Origin: Azolla caroliniana
Lineage: Eukaryota; Plantae; Polypodiophyta
Length of the DNA stretch: 64,000 bases
Assembly (NCBI GenBank): GCA_043228905.1
Contig: JBHGNT010000026.1
Coordinates: 434,001 to 498,000 of the forward strand
Direction of reading: 5' to 3'
Positions 1-14,200 of the stretch are shown one piece after another. How positions within the stretch are numbered: position 1 is the first letter of the stretch; every line of letters starts with the position of its first letter. Under the pieces are notes generated by a model that saw only the letters and a program-made list of their open reading frames with translations, ran no database searches and had not been told where the DNA came from. The position numbers and the translations under genes were made by a program.

Positions 1-1279
1 TTACAAAATGAAGATTTTGAAACTCAGGTCGAGAGACATGACGAAATTACCAAATTTGAGGAGGGAGTTGAGAGGGGCCCTTGAGTAAATTAAAATGTTC
101 ATACCTAGCGAGTGTGATATCGGATTTTTGTGTTCAAACATGCGAATCGAAGCTAACAATGCTAGCTATGATATGGAATTAAAAAATCAAGATTTTGAAA
201 CTCAGGTCGAGAGACATGACGAAATTTCCAAATTTCAGGAGGGAGTTGAGAAGAGCTAGTAGGTAAATTATAATGTTCATACCTGGTTCGTGTGATATCG
301 GATTTTTGTGTTCAAACATGCGAATCGAAGCTAATAACGCTAGCTATGATATGGAATTAAAAAATCAAGATTTTGCAACTCAAGTCAAGAGACATGACGA
401 AATTACCAAATTTGAGGAGTGAGTTGAGAGGAGCCCTTGAGTAAATTAAAATGGTCATACCTAGCGAGTGTGATATCGGATTTTTGTGTACAAACATGCG
501 AATCGAAGCTAACAACGCTAGCTATGATATGGAATTAAAAAATCAAGATTTTGAAACTTACGTCGAGAGATATGACGAAATTAGCAAATTTGAGGAGTGA
601 GTTGAGATGAGCCCTTGAGTAAATTAAAATGGTCATACCTAGCGAGTGTGATATCAGATTTTTGTGTTCAAACATGCGAATCGAAGCTAACAATGCTAGC
701 TATGATATGGAATTAAAAAATCAAGATTTTGAAACTCAGGTCGAGAGACATGAAGAAATTACCAAATTTGAGGAGGGAGTTATGAAGAGCTATTAGGTAA
801 ATTACAATGTTCATACCTGGCTCGTGTGATATCGGATTTTTGTGTTCAAACATTGGAATCGAAGCTAACAACACTAGGTATGATATAGAATTAAAAAATC
901 AAGATTTTGAAACTCAGGTCGAGAGACATGACGAAATTACCAAATTTGAGGAGTGAGTTAAGAAGAGCTATTAGGTAAATTATAATGTTCATACCTGGCT
1001 CGTGTGATATCGGATTTCTGTGTTCAAACATGCGAATCGAAGCTAATAACGCTAGCTATGATATGGAATTAAAAAATCAATATTTTGAAACTCAGGTCGA
1101 GAGACATGACGAAATTAGCAAATTTGAGGAGTGAGTTGAGATGAGCCCTTGAGTAAATTAAAATGTTCATACATAGCGAGTGTGATATCGGATTTTTGTG
1201 TACAAACATGCGAATCGAAGCTAACAACGCTAGCTATGATATGGAATTACAAAATCAAGATTTTGAAACTCAGGTCGAG

Positions 1280-4200
1280 AGACATGACGAAATTACCAAA
1301 TTTGAGGAGGGAGTTGAGAGGGGCCCTTGAGTAAATTAAAATGTTCATACCTAGCGAGTGTGATATCGGATTTTTGTGTTCAAACATGCGAATCGAAGCT
1401 AACAATGCTAGCTATGATATGGAATTAAAAAATCAAGATTTTGAAACTCAGGTCGAGAGACATGACGAAATTTCCAAATTTCAGGAGGGAGTTGAGAAGA
1501 GCTAGTAGGTAAATTATAATGTTCATACCTGGTTCGTGTGATATCGGATTTTTGTGTTCAAACATGCGAATCGAAGCTAATAACGCTAGCTATGATATGG
1601 AATTAAAAAATCAAGATTTTGCAACTCAAGTCGAGAGACATGAAGAAATTACCAAATTTGAGGAGTGAGGTTGGAAGAGCGCGTGAGTGAATTAAAATGT
1701 TCATACCTGGCTCGTGTGATATCGGATTTTTGTGTTCAAACATGCGAATCGAAGCTAACAACGCTAGCTATCATATGGAATAAAAAAAACAAGATTTTGA
1801 AATTCAGGTCAAGAGACATGACGAAATTAGCAAATTTGAGGAGTGAGTTGAGAGGAGCCCTTGAGTAAATTAAAATGTTCATACCTAGCGAGTGTGATAT
1901 CGGCTTTTTGTGTACAAACATGCGAATCGAAGCTAACAACGCTAGCTATGATATGGAATTAAAAAATCAAGACTTTGAAACTTACGTCGAGAGATATGAC
2001 GAAATTAGCAAATTTGAGGAGTGAGTTGAGAGGAGCCCTTGAGTAAATTAAAATGGTCATACCTAGCGAGTGTGATATCGGATTTTTGTGTACAAACATG
2101 CGAATCGAAGCTAACAACGCTAGCTATGATATGGAATTACAAAATGAAGATTTTGAAACTCAGGTCGAGAGACATGACGGAATTACCAAATTTGAGGAGG
2201 GAGTTGAGAGGGGCCCTTGAGTAAATTAAAATGTTCATACCTAGCGAGTGTGATATCGGATTTTTGTGTTCAAACATGCGAATCGAAGCTAACAATGCTA
2301 GCTATGATATGGAATTAAAAAATCAAGATTTTGAAACTCAGGTCGAGAGACATGACGAAATTTCCAAATTTCAGGAGGGAGTTGAGAAGAGCTAGTAGGT
2401 AAATTATAATGTTCATACCTGGTTCGTGTGATATCGGATTTTTGTGTTCAAACATGCGAATCGAAGCTAATAACGCTAGCTATGATATGGAATTAAAAAA
2501 TCAAGATTTTGCAACTCAAGTCAAGAGACATGACGAAATTACCAAATTTGAGGAGGGAGTTGAGAGGGGCCCTTGAGTAAATTAATATGTTCATACCTAG
2601 CTCGTGTGATATCGGATTTTTGTGTTCAAACATGCGAATCGAAGCTAACAACGCTAGCTATGATATGGAATTAAAAAATCAAGATTTTGAAACTCAGGTC
2701 GAGAGACATGACGAAATTACCAAATTTGAGGAGTGAGTTGAGAGGAGCCCTTGAGTAAATTAAAATGGTCATACCTAGCGAGTGTGATATCGGATTTTTG
2801 TGTACAAACATGCGAATCGAAGCTAACAACGCTAGCTATGATATGGAATTAAAAAAACCAGATTTTGAAACTTACGTCGAGAGATATGACGAAATTAGCA
2901 AATTTGAGGAGTGAGTTGAGAGGAGCCCTTGAGTAAATTAAAATGGTCATACCTAGCGAGTGTGATATCGGATTTTTGTGTTCAAACATGCGAATCTAAG
3001 CTAACAACGCTAGCTATGATATGGAATTAAAAAATCAAGATTTTGAAACTCAGGTCGAGAGACATGACGAAATTACCAAATTTGAGGAGCGAGTTAAGAA
3101 GAGCTATTAGGTACATTACAATGTTCATACCTGGCTCGTGTGATATCGGTTTTTTGTGTTCAAACATGCGAATCGAAGCTAACAATGCTAGCTATGATAT
3201 GGAATTAAAAAATCAAGATTTTGAAACTCAGGTCGAGAGACATGACGAAATTTCCAAATTTCAGGAGGGAGTTGAGAAGAGCTAGTAGGTAAATTATAAT
3301 GTTCATACCTGGTTCGTGTGATATCGGATTTTTTTGTTCAAACATTCGAATCGAAGCTAACAACGCTAGCTATGATATGGAATTACAAAATCAAGATTTT
3401 GCAACTCAAGTCGAGAGACATGAAGAAATTACCAAATTTGAGGAGTGAGGTTGGAAGAGCGCGTGAGTGAATTAAAATGTTCATACCTGGCTCGTGTGAT
3501 ATCGGATTTTTGTGTTCAAACATGCGAATCGAAGCTAACAACGCTAGCTATCATATGGAATAAAAAAAACAAGATTTTGAAACTCAGGTCAAGAGACATG
3601 ACGAAATTAGCAAATTTGAGGAGTGAGTTGAGAGGAGCCCTTGAGTAAATTAAAATGTTCATACCTAGCGAGTGTGATATCGGCTTTTTGTGTACAAACA
3701 TGCGAATCGAAGCTAACAACGCTAGCTATGATATGGAATTAAAAAATCAAGACTTTGAAACTTACGTCGAGAGATATGACGAAATTAGCAAATTTGAGGA
3801 GTGAGTTGAGAGGGGCCCTTGAGTAAATTAAAATGGTCATACCTAGCGAGTGTGATATCGGATTTTTGTGTACAAACATGCGAATCGAAGCTAACAACGC
3901 TAGCTATGATATGGAATTACAAAATGAAGATTTTGAAACTCAGGTCGAGAGACATGACGAAATTACCAAATTTGAGGAGGGAGTTGAGAGGGGCCCTTGA
4001 GTAAATTAAAATGTTCATACCTAGCGAGTGTGATATCGGATTTTTGTGTTCAAACATGCGAATCGAAGCTAACAATGCTAGCTATGATATGGAATTAAAA
4101 AATCAAGATTTTGAAACTCAGGTCGAGAGACATGACGAAATTTCCAAATTTCAGGAGGGAGTTGAGAAGAGCTAGTAGGTAAATTATAATGTTCATACCT

Positions 4201-6450
4201 GGTTCGTGTGATATCGGATTTTTGTGTTCAAACATGCGAATCGAAGCTAATAACGCTAGCTATGATATGGAATTAAAAAATCAAGATTTTGCAACTCAAG
4301 TCGAGAGACATGAAGAAATTACCAAATTTGAGGAGTGAGGTTGGAAGAGCGCGTGAGTGAATTAAAATGTTCATACCTGGCTCGTGTGATATCGGATTTT
4401 TGTGTTCAAACATGCGAATCGAAGCTAACAACGCTAGCTACGACATGGAATAAAAAAAAACAAGATTTTGAAACTCAGGTCAAGAGACATGACGAAATTA
4501 GCAAATTTGAGGAGTGAGTTGAGAGGAGCCCTTGAGTAAATTAAAATGTTCATACATAGCGAGTGTGATATCGGATTTTTGTGTACAAACATGCGAATCG
4601 AAGCTAACAACGCTAGCTATCATATGGAATAAAAAAAACAAGATTTTGAAACTCAGGTCAAGAGACATGACGAAATTAGCAAATTTGAGGAGTGAGTTGA
4701 GAGGAGCCCTTGAGTAAATTAAAATGTTCATACCTAGCGAGTGTGATATCGGCTTTTTGTGTACAAACATGCGAATCGAAGCTACCAACGCTAGCTATGA
4801 TATGGAATTAAAAAATCAAGACTTTGAAACTTACGTCGAGAGATATGACGAAATTAGCAAATTTGAGGAGTGAGTTGAGAGGGGCCCTTGAGTAAATTAA
4901 AATGGTCATACCTAGCGAGTGTGATATCGGATTTTTGTGTACAAACATGCGAATCGAAGCTAACAACGCTAGCTATGATATGGAATTACAAAATGAAGAT
5001 TTTGAAACTCAGGTCGAGAGACATGACGAAATTACCAAATTTGAGGAGGGAGTTGAGAGGGGCCCTTGAGTAAATTAAAATGTTCATACCTAGCGAGTGT
5101 GATATCGGATTTTTGTGTTCAAACATGCGAATCGAAGCTAACAATGCTAGCTATGATATGGAATTAAAAAATCAAGATTTTGAAACTCAGGTCGAGAGAC
5201 ATGACGAAATTTCCAAATTTCAGGAGGGAGTTGAGAAGAGCTAGTAGGTAAATTATAATGTTCATACCTGGTTCGTGTGATATCGGATTTTTGTGTTCAA
5301 ACATGCGAATCGAAGCTAAAAACGCTAGCTATGATATGGAATTAAAAAATCAAGATTTTGCAACTCAAGTCGAAAGACATGAAGAAATTACCAAATTTGA
5401 GGAGTGAGGTTGGAAGAGCGCGTGAGTGAATTAAAATGTTCATACCTGGCTCGTGTGATATCGGATTTTTGTGTTCAAACATGCGAATCGAAGCTAACAA
5501 CGCTAGCTACGACATGGAATAAAAAAAAACAAGATTTTGAAACTCAGGTCAAGAGACATGACGAAATTAGCAAATTTGAGGAGTGAGTTGAGAGGAGCCC
5601 TTGAGTAAATTAAAATGTTCATACATCGCGAGTGTGATATCGGATTTTTGTGTACAAACATGCGAATCGAAGCTAACAACGCTAGCTATGATATGGAATT
5701 AAAAAATCAAGATTTTGAAACTCAGGTCGAGAGACATGACGAAATTACCAAATTTGAGGAGTGAGTTGAGAGGAGCCCTTGAGTAAATTAAAATGGTCAT
5801 ACCTAGCGAGTGTGATATCGGATTTTTGTGTACAAACATGCGAATCGAAGCTAACAACGCTAGCTATGATATGGAATTAAAAAAACCAGATTTTGAAACT
5901 TACGTCGAGAGATATGACGAAATTAGCAAATTTGAGGAGTGAGTTGAGAGGAGCCCTTGAGTAAATTAAAATGGTCATACCTAGCGAGTGTGATATCGGA
6001 TTTTTGTGTTCAAACATACGAATCTAAGCTAACAACGCTAGCTATGATATGGAATTAAAAAATCAAGATTTTGAAACTCAGGTCGAGAGACATGACGAAA
6101 TTACCAAATTTGAGGAGCGAGTTAAGAAGAGCTATTAGGTACATTACAATGTTCATACCTGGCTCGTGTGATATCGGTTTTTTGTGTTCAAACATGCGAA
6201 TCGAAGCTAACAATGCTAGCTATGATATGGAATTAAAAAATCAAGATTTTGAAACTCAGGTCGAGAGACATGACGAAATTTCCAAATTTCAGGAGGGAGT
6301 TGAGAAGAGCTAGTAGGTAAATTATAATGTTCATACCTGGTTCGTGTGATATCGGATTTTTTTGTTCAAACATTCGAATCGAAGCTAACAACGCTAGCTA
6401 TGATATGGAATTACAAAATCAAGATTTTGAAACTCCAGTCGAGAGACATG
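1280..6450. repeat. Irregular short HOR zone (5-, 6-, 10- and 17-monomer offsets)
   Basis: Matching variant monomers lie at offsets 890 (3445/4335), 1069 (4335/5404), 1780 (1665/3445, 2039/3819) and 3028 (3043/6071). Confidence 0.75.
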
Positions 6451-9400
6451 ATGAAATTACCAAATTTGAGGAGTGACGTTGGAAGAGCGCGTGAGTGAAT
6501 TAAAATGTTCATACCTGGCTCGTGTGATATCGGATTTTTGTGTTCAAACATGCAAATCGAAGCTAACAACGCTAGCTATGATATGGAATAAAAAAAACAA
6601 GATTTTGAAACTCAGGTCAAGAGACATGACGAAATTAGCAAATTTGAGGAGTGAGTTGAGAGGAGCCCTTGAGTAAATTAAAATGTTCATACCTAGCGAG
6701 TGTGATATCGGCTTTTTGTGTACAAACATGCGAATCGAAGCTAACAACGCTAGCTATGATATGGAATTAAAAAATCAAGACTTTGAAACTCAGGTCAAGA
6801 GACATGACGAAATTACCAAATTTGAGGAGGGAGTTGAGAGGGGCCCTTGAGTAAATTAAAATGGTCATACCTAGCTCGTGTGATATCGGATTTTTGTGTT
6901 CAAACATGCGAATCGAAGCTAACAACGCTAGCTACGACATGGAATAAAAAAAAACAAGATTTTGAAACTCAGGTCAAGAGACATGACGAAATTAGCAAAT
7001 TTGAGGAGTGAGTTGAGAGGAGCCCTTGAGTAAATTAAAATGTTCATACATAGCGAGTGTGATATCGGATTTTTGTGTACAAACATGTGAATCGAAGCTA
7101 ACAACGCTAGCTATGATATGGAATTAAAAAATCAAGATTTTGAAACTCAGGTCGAGAGACATGACGAAATTACCAAATTTGAGGAGGGGGTTGAGAGGGG
7201 CCCTTGAGTAAATTAAAATGTTCATACCTAGCTCGTGTGATATCGGATTTTTGTGTTCAAACATGCGAATCGAAGCTAACAACGCTAGCTATGATAAGGA
7301 ATTAAAAAATCAAGATTTTGAAACTCAGGTCGAGAGACATGACGAAATTTCCAAATTTCAGGAGGGAGTTGAGAAGAGCTAGTAGGTAAATTATAATGTT
7401 CATACCTGGTTCGTGTGATATCGGATTTTTGTGTTCAAACATGCGAATCGAAGCTAAAAACGCTAGCTATGATATGGAATTAAAAAATCAAGATTTTGCA
7501 ACTCAAGTCGAGAGACATGAAGAAATTACCAAATTTGAGGAGTGAGGTTGGAAGAGCGCGTGAGTGAATTAAAATGTTCATACCTGGCTCGTGTGATATC
7601 GGATTTTTGTGTACAAACATCCGAATCGAAGCTAACAACGCTAGCTATGATATGGAATTAAAAAATCAAGATTTTGAAACTCAGGTCGAGAGACATGACG
7701 AAATTTCCAAATTTCAGGAGGGAGTTGAGAAGAGCTAGTAGGTAAATTATAATGTTCATACCTAGCTCGTGTTATATCGGATTTTTGTGTTCAAACATGC
7801 GAATCGAAGCTAACAACGCTAGCTATGATATAGAATTATAAAATAAAGATTTTGAAACTCAGGTCGAGAGACATGACGAAATTACCAAATTTGAGGAGTG
7901 AGTTGAGAGGAGCCCTTGAGTAAATTAAAATGGTCATACCTAGGGAGTGTGATATCGGATTTTTGTGTACAAACATGCGAATCGAAGCTAACAACGCTAG
8001 CTATGATATGGAATTAAAAAATCAAGATTTTGAAACTTACGTCGAGAGATATGACGAAATTAGCAAATTTGAGGAGTGAGTTGAGAGGAGCCCTTGAGTA
8101 AATTAAAATGGTCATACCTAGCGAGTGTGATATCGGATTTTTGTGTACAAACATGCGAATCGAAGCTAACAACGCTAGCTATGATATGGAATTAAAAAAT
8201 CAAGATTTTGAAACTCAGGTCGAGAGACATGACGAAATTTCCAAATTTCAGGAGGGAGTTGAGAAGAGCTAGTAGGTAAATTATAATGTTCATACCTGGT
8301 TCGTGTGATATCGGATTTTTTTGTTCAAACATTCGAATCGAAGCTAACAACGCTAGCTATGATATGGAATTACAAAATCAAGATTTTGAAACTCCAGTCG
8401 AGAGACATGATGAAATTACCAAATTTGAGGAGTGACGTTGGAAGAGCGCGTGAGTGAATTAAAATGTTCATACCTGGCTCGTGTGATATCGGATTTTTGT
8501 GTTCAAACATGCAAATCGAAGCTAACAACGCTAGCTACGACATGGAATAAAAAAAAACAAGATTTTGAAACTCAGGTCAAGAGACATGACGAAATTAGCA
8601 AATTTGAGGAGTGAGTTGAGAGGAGCCCTTGAGTAAATTAAAATGTTCATACCTAGCGAGTGTGATATCGGCTTTTTGTGTACAAACATGCGAATCGAAG
8701 CTAACAACGCTAGCTATGATATGGAATTAAAAAATCAAGACTTTGAAACTCAGGTCAAGAGACATGACGAAATTACCAAATTTGAGGAGGGAGTTGAGAG
8801 GGGCCCTTGAGTAAATTAAAATGGTCATACCTAGCTCGTGTGATATCGGATTTTTGTGTTCAAACATGCGAATCGAAGCTAACAACGCTAGCTACGACAT
8901 GGAATAAAAAAAAACAAGATTTTGAAACTCAGGTCAAGAGACATGACGAAATTAGCAAATTTGAGGAGTGAGTTGAGAGGAGCCCTTGAGTAAATTAAAA
9001 TGTTCATACATAGCGAGTGTGATATCGGATTTTTGTGTACAAACATGTGAATCGAAGCTAACAACGCTAGCTATGATATGGAATTAAAAAATCAAGATTT
9101 TGAAACTCAGGTCGAGAGACATGACGAAATTACCAAATTTGAGGAGGGGGTTGAGAGGGGCCCTTGAGTAAATTAAAATGTTCATACCTAGCTCGTGTGA
9201 TATCGGATTTTTGTGTTCAAACATGCGAATCGAAGCTAACAACGCTAGCTATGATATGGAATTAAAAAATCAAGATTTTGAAACTCAGGTCGAGAGACAT
9301 GACGAAATTTCCAAATTTCAGGAGGGAGTTGAGAAGAGCTAGTAGGTAAATTATAATGTTCATACCTGGTTCGTGTGATATCGGATTTTTGTGTTCAAAC

Positions 9401-11220
9401 ATGCGAATCGAAGCTAAAAACGCTAGCTATGATATGGAATTAAAAAATCAAGATTTTGCAACTCAAGTCGAGAGACATGAAGAAATTACCAAATTTGAGG
9501 AGTGAGGTTGGAAGAGCGCGTGAGTGAATTAAAATGTTCATACCTGGCTCGTGTGATATCGGATTTTTGTGTACAAACATCCGAATCGAAGCTAACAACG
9601 CTAGCTATGATATGGAATTAAAAAATCAAGATTTTGAAACTCAGGTCGAGAGACATGACGAAATTTCCAAATTTCAGGAGGGAGTTGAGAAGAGCTAGTA
9701 GGTAAATTATAATGTTCATACCTAGCTCGTGTTATATCGGATTTTTGTGTTCAAACATGCGAATCGAAGCTAACAACGCTAGCTATGATATAGAATTATA
9801 AAATAAAGATTTTGAAACTCAGGTCGAGAGACATGACGAAATTACCAAATTTGAGGAGTGAGTTGAGAGGAGCCCTTGAGTAAATTAAAATGGTCATACC
9901 TAGGGAGTGTGATATCGGATTTTTGTGTACAAACATGCGAATCGAAGCTAACAACGCTAGCTATGATATGGAATTAAAAAATCAAGATTTTGAAACTTAC
10001 GTCGAGAGATATGACGAAATTAGCAAATTTGAGGAGTGAGTTGAGAGGAGCCCTTGAGTAAATTAAAATGGTCATACCTAGCGAGTGTGATATCGGATTT
10101 TTGTGTACAAACATGCGAATCGAAGCTAACAACGCTAGCTATGATATGGAATTAAAAAATCAAGATTTTGAAACTCAGGTCGAGAGACATGACGAAATTT
10201 CCAAATTTCAGGAGGGAGTTGAGAAGAGCTAGTAGGTAAATTATAATGTTCATACCTGGTTCGTGTGATATCGGATTTTTTTGTTCAAACATTCGAATCG
10301 AAGCTAACAACGCTAGCTATGATATGGAATTACAAAATCAAGATTTTGAAACTCCAGTCGAGAGACATGATGAAATTACCAAATTTGAGGAGTGACGTTG
10401 GAAGAGCGCGTGAGTGAATTAAAATGTTCATACCTGGCTCGTGTGATATCGGATTTTTGTGTTCAAACATGCAAATCGAAGCTAACAACGCTAGCTATGA
10501 TATGGAATAAAAAAAACAAGATTTTGAAACTCAGGTCAAGAGACATGACGAAATTAGCAAATTTGAGGAGTGAGTTGAGAGGAGCCCTTGAGTAAATTAA
10601 AATGTTCATACCTAGCGAGTGTGATATCGGCTTTTTGTGTACAAACATGCGAATCGAAGCTAACAACGCTAGCTATGATATGGAATTAAAAAATCAAGAC
10701 TTTGAAACTCAGGTCAAGAGACATGACGAAATTACCAAATTTGAGGAGGGAGTTGAGAGGGGCCCTTGAGTAAATTAAAATGGTCATACCTAGCTCGTGT
10801 GATATCGGATTTTTGTGTTCAAACATGCGAATCGAAGCTAACAACGCTAGCTACGACATGGAATAAAAAAAAAACAAGATTTTGAAACTCAGGTCAAGAG
10901 ACATGACGAAATTAGCAAATTTGAGGAGTGAGTTGAGAGGAGCCCTTGAGTAAATTAAAATGTTCATACATAGCGAGTGTGATATCGGATTTTTGTGTAC
11001 AAACATGTGAATCGAAGCTAACAACGCTAGCTATGATATGGAATTAAAAAATCAAGATTTTGAAACTCAGGTCGAGAGACATGACGAAATTACCAAATTT
11101 GAGGAGGGGGTTGAGAGGGGCCCTTGAGTAAATTAAAATGTTCATACCTAGCTCGTGTGATATCGGATTTTTGTGTTCAAACATGCGAATCGAAGCTAAC
11201 AACGCTAGCTATGATATGGA
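6230..11220. repeat. 11-monomer HOR (1959-1960 bp), about 2.5 copies
   Basis: The private variant aaacatgtga is at 7081, 9041 and 11001. tagggagtgt is at 7941/9901 and catccgaatc is near 7618/9578. ORF starts are 6473, 8432 and 10392. Confidence 0.92.
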
Positions 11221-14200
11221 ATAAAAAAAACAAGATTTTGAAACTCAGGTCGAGAGACATGACGAAATTACCAAATTTGAGGAGTGAGTTGAGAGGAGCC
11301 CTTGTGTAAATTAAAATGGTCATACCTAGCGAGTGTGATATCGGATTTTTGTGTACAAACATGCGAATCGAAGCTAACAACGCTAGCTATGATATGGAAT
11401 TACAAAATCAAAATTTTGAAACTCAGGTCGAGAGACATGACGAAATTACCAAATTTGAGGAGTGAGTTGAGAGGAGCCCTTGAGTAAATTAAAATGGTCA
11501 TACCTAGCGAGTGTGATATCGGATTTTTGTGTACAAACATGCGAATCGAAGCTAACAACGCTAGCTATGATATGGAATTAAAAAATCAAGATTTTGAAAC
11601 TTACGTCGAGAGATATGACGAAATTAGCAAATTTGAGGAGTGAGTTGAGAGGAGCCCTTGAGTAAATTAAAATGGTCATACCTAGCGAGTGTGATATCGG
11701 ATTTTTGTGTACAAACATGCGAATCGAAGCTAACAACGCTAGCTATGATATGGAATTACAAAATGAAGATTTTGAAACTCAGGTCGAGAGACATGACGAA
11801 ATTACCAAATTTGAGGAGGGAGTTGAGAGGGGCCCTTGAGTAAATTAAAATGTTCATACCTAGCGAGTGTGATATCGGATTTTTGTGTTCAAACATGCGA
11901 ATCGAAGCTAACAATGCTAGCTATGATAGGGAATTAAAAAATCAAGATTTTGAAACTCAGGTCGAGAGACATGACGAAATTTCCAAATTTCAGGAGGGAG
12001 TTGAGAAGAGCTAGTAGGTAAATTATAATGTTCATACCTGGTTCGTGTGATATCGGATTTTTGTGTTCAAACATGCGAATCGAAGCTAAAAACGCTAGCT
12101 ATGATATGGAATTAAAAAATCAAGATTTTGCAACTCAAGTCGAGAGACATGAAGAAATTACCAAATTTGAGGAGTGAGGTTGGAAGAGCGCGTGAGTGAA
12201 TTAAAATGTTCATACCTGGCTCGTGTGATATCGGATTTCTGTGTTCAAACATGCGAATCGAAGCTAACAACGCTAGCTATGATATGGAATAAAAAAATCA
12301 AGATTTTGAAACTCAGGTCAAGAGACATGACGAAAATACCAAATTTCAGGAGGGAGTTGAGAGGAGCCCTTGAGTAAATTAAAATGTTCATACCTAGCGA
12401 GTGTGATATCGCACTTTTGTGTACAAACATGCGAATCGAAGCTAACAACGCTAGCTATGATATGGAATTAAAAAATCAAGATTTTGAAACTCAGGTCGAG
12501 AGACATGACGAAATTACCAAATTTGAGGAGTGAGTTGAGAGGAGCCCTTGAATAATTTAAAATGGTCATACCTAGCGAGTGTGATATCGGATTTTTGTGT
12601 ACAAACATGCGAATCGAAGCTAACAACGCTAGCTATGATATGGAATTAAAAAATCAAGATTTTGAAAGTCAGGTCGAGAGACATGACGAAATTTCCAAAT
12701 TTCAGGAGGGAGTTGAGAAGAGCTAGTAGGTAAATTATAATGTTCATACCTGGTTCGTGTGATATCGGATTTTTGTGTTCAAACATGCGAATCGAAGCTA
12801 AAAACGCTAGCTATGATATGGAATTAAAAAATCAAGATTTTGAAACTCAGGTCAAGAAACATGACGAAATTACTAAATTTTAGGAGGGAGTTGAGAGGGG
12901 CCCTTGAGTAAATTAAAATGGTCATACCTAGCTCGTGTGATATCGGATTTTTGTGTTCAAACATGCGAATCGAAGCTAACAACACTAGCTATGATATGGA
13001 ATTACAAAATGAAAATTTTGAAACTCAGGTCGAGAGACATGACGAAATTACCAAATTTGAGGAGGGAGTTGAGAGGGGCCCTTGAGTAAATTAAAATGTT
13101 CATACCTAGCGAGTGTGATATCGGATTTTTGTGTTCAAACATGCGAATCGAAGCTAACAACGCTAGCTATGATATGGAATTACAAAATGAAGATTTTGAA
13201 ACTCAGGTCGAGAGACATGACGAAATTACCAAATTTGAGGAGGGAGTTGAGAGGGGCCGTTGAGTAAATTAAAATGTTCATACCTAGCGAGTGTGATATC
13301 GGATTTTTGTGTTCAAACATGCGAATCGAAGCTAACAATGCTAGCTATGATATGGAATTAAAAAATCAAGATTTTGAAACTCAGGTCGAGAGACATGACG
13401 AAATTTCCAAATTTCAGGAGGGAGTTGAGAAGAGCTAGTAGGTAAATTATAATGTTCATACCTGGTTCGTGTGATATCGGATTTTTTTGTTCAAACATTC
13501 GAATCGAAGCTAACAACGCTAGCTATGATATGGAATTACAAAATCAAGATTTTGAAACTCCAGTCGAGAGACATGATGAAATTACCAAATTTGAGGAGTG
13601 ACGTTGGAAGAGCGCGTGAGTGAATTAAAATGTTCATACCTGGCTCGTGTGATATCGGATTTTTGTGTTCAAACATGCAAATCGAAGCTAACAACGCTAG
13701 CTATGATATGGAATAAAAAAAACAAGATTTTGAAACTCAGGTCAAGATACATGACGAAATTAGCAAATTTGAGGAGTGAGTTGAGAGGAGCCCTTGAGTA
13801 AATTAAAATGGTCATACCTAGCGAGTGTGATATCGGATTTTTGTGTTCAAACATGCGAATCGAAGCTAACAATGTTAGCTATGATATGGAATTAAAAAAT
13901 CAAGACTTTGAAACTCAGGTCAAGAGACATGACGAAATTACTAAATTTGAGGAGGGAGTTGAGAGGGGCCCTTGAGTAAATTAAAATGTTCATACCTGGC
14001 TCGTGTGATATCGGATTTTTGTGTTCAAACATGCGAATCGAAGCTAACAACGCTAGCTATGATATGGAATAAAAAAAACAAGATTTTGAAACTCAGGTCA
14101 AGAGACATGACGAAATTAGCAAATTTGAGGAGTGAGTTGAGAGGAGCCCTTGAGTAAATTAAAATGGTCATACCTAGCGAGTGTGATATCGGCTTTTTGT

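Noticed and set aside
437-614. Possible origin of the monomer from two 89-bp halves (aattaaaa recurs at an 89-bp offset)
   Set aside because: An ungapped comparison of the halves gives only about 30% identity, near chance for this AT-rich composition.
6474-6490. CENP-B-box-like motifs: tgacgttggaagagcgc in C monomers and ttcgtgtgatatcgga after B boxes
   Set aside because: The first matches only 5 of the 9 essential positions of NTTCGNNNNANNCGGGN. The second has the wrong spacing (7/9). Neither is expected to be a functional box, and such matches arise by chance.
7160-7205. G-quadruplex potential in gaggagggggttgagaggggccc
   Set aside because: There are only two runs of 3 or more G per monomer, which is insufficient for a canonical intramolecular G4.
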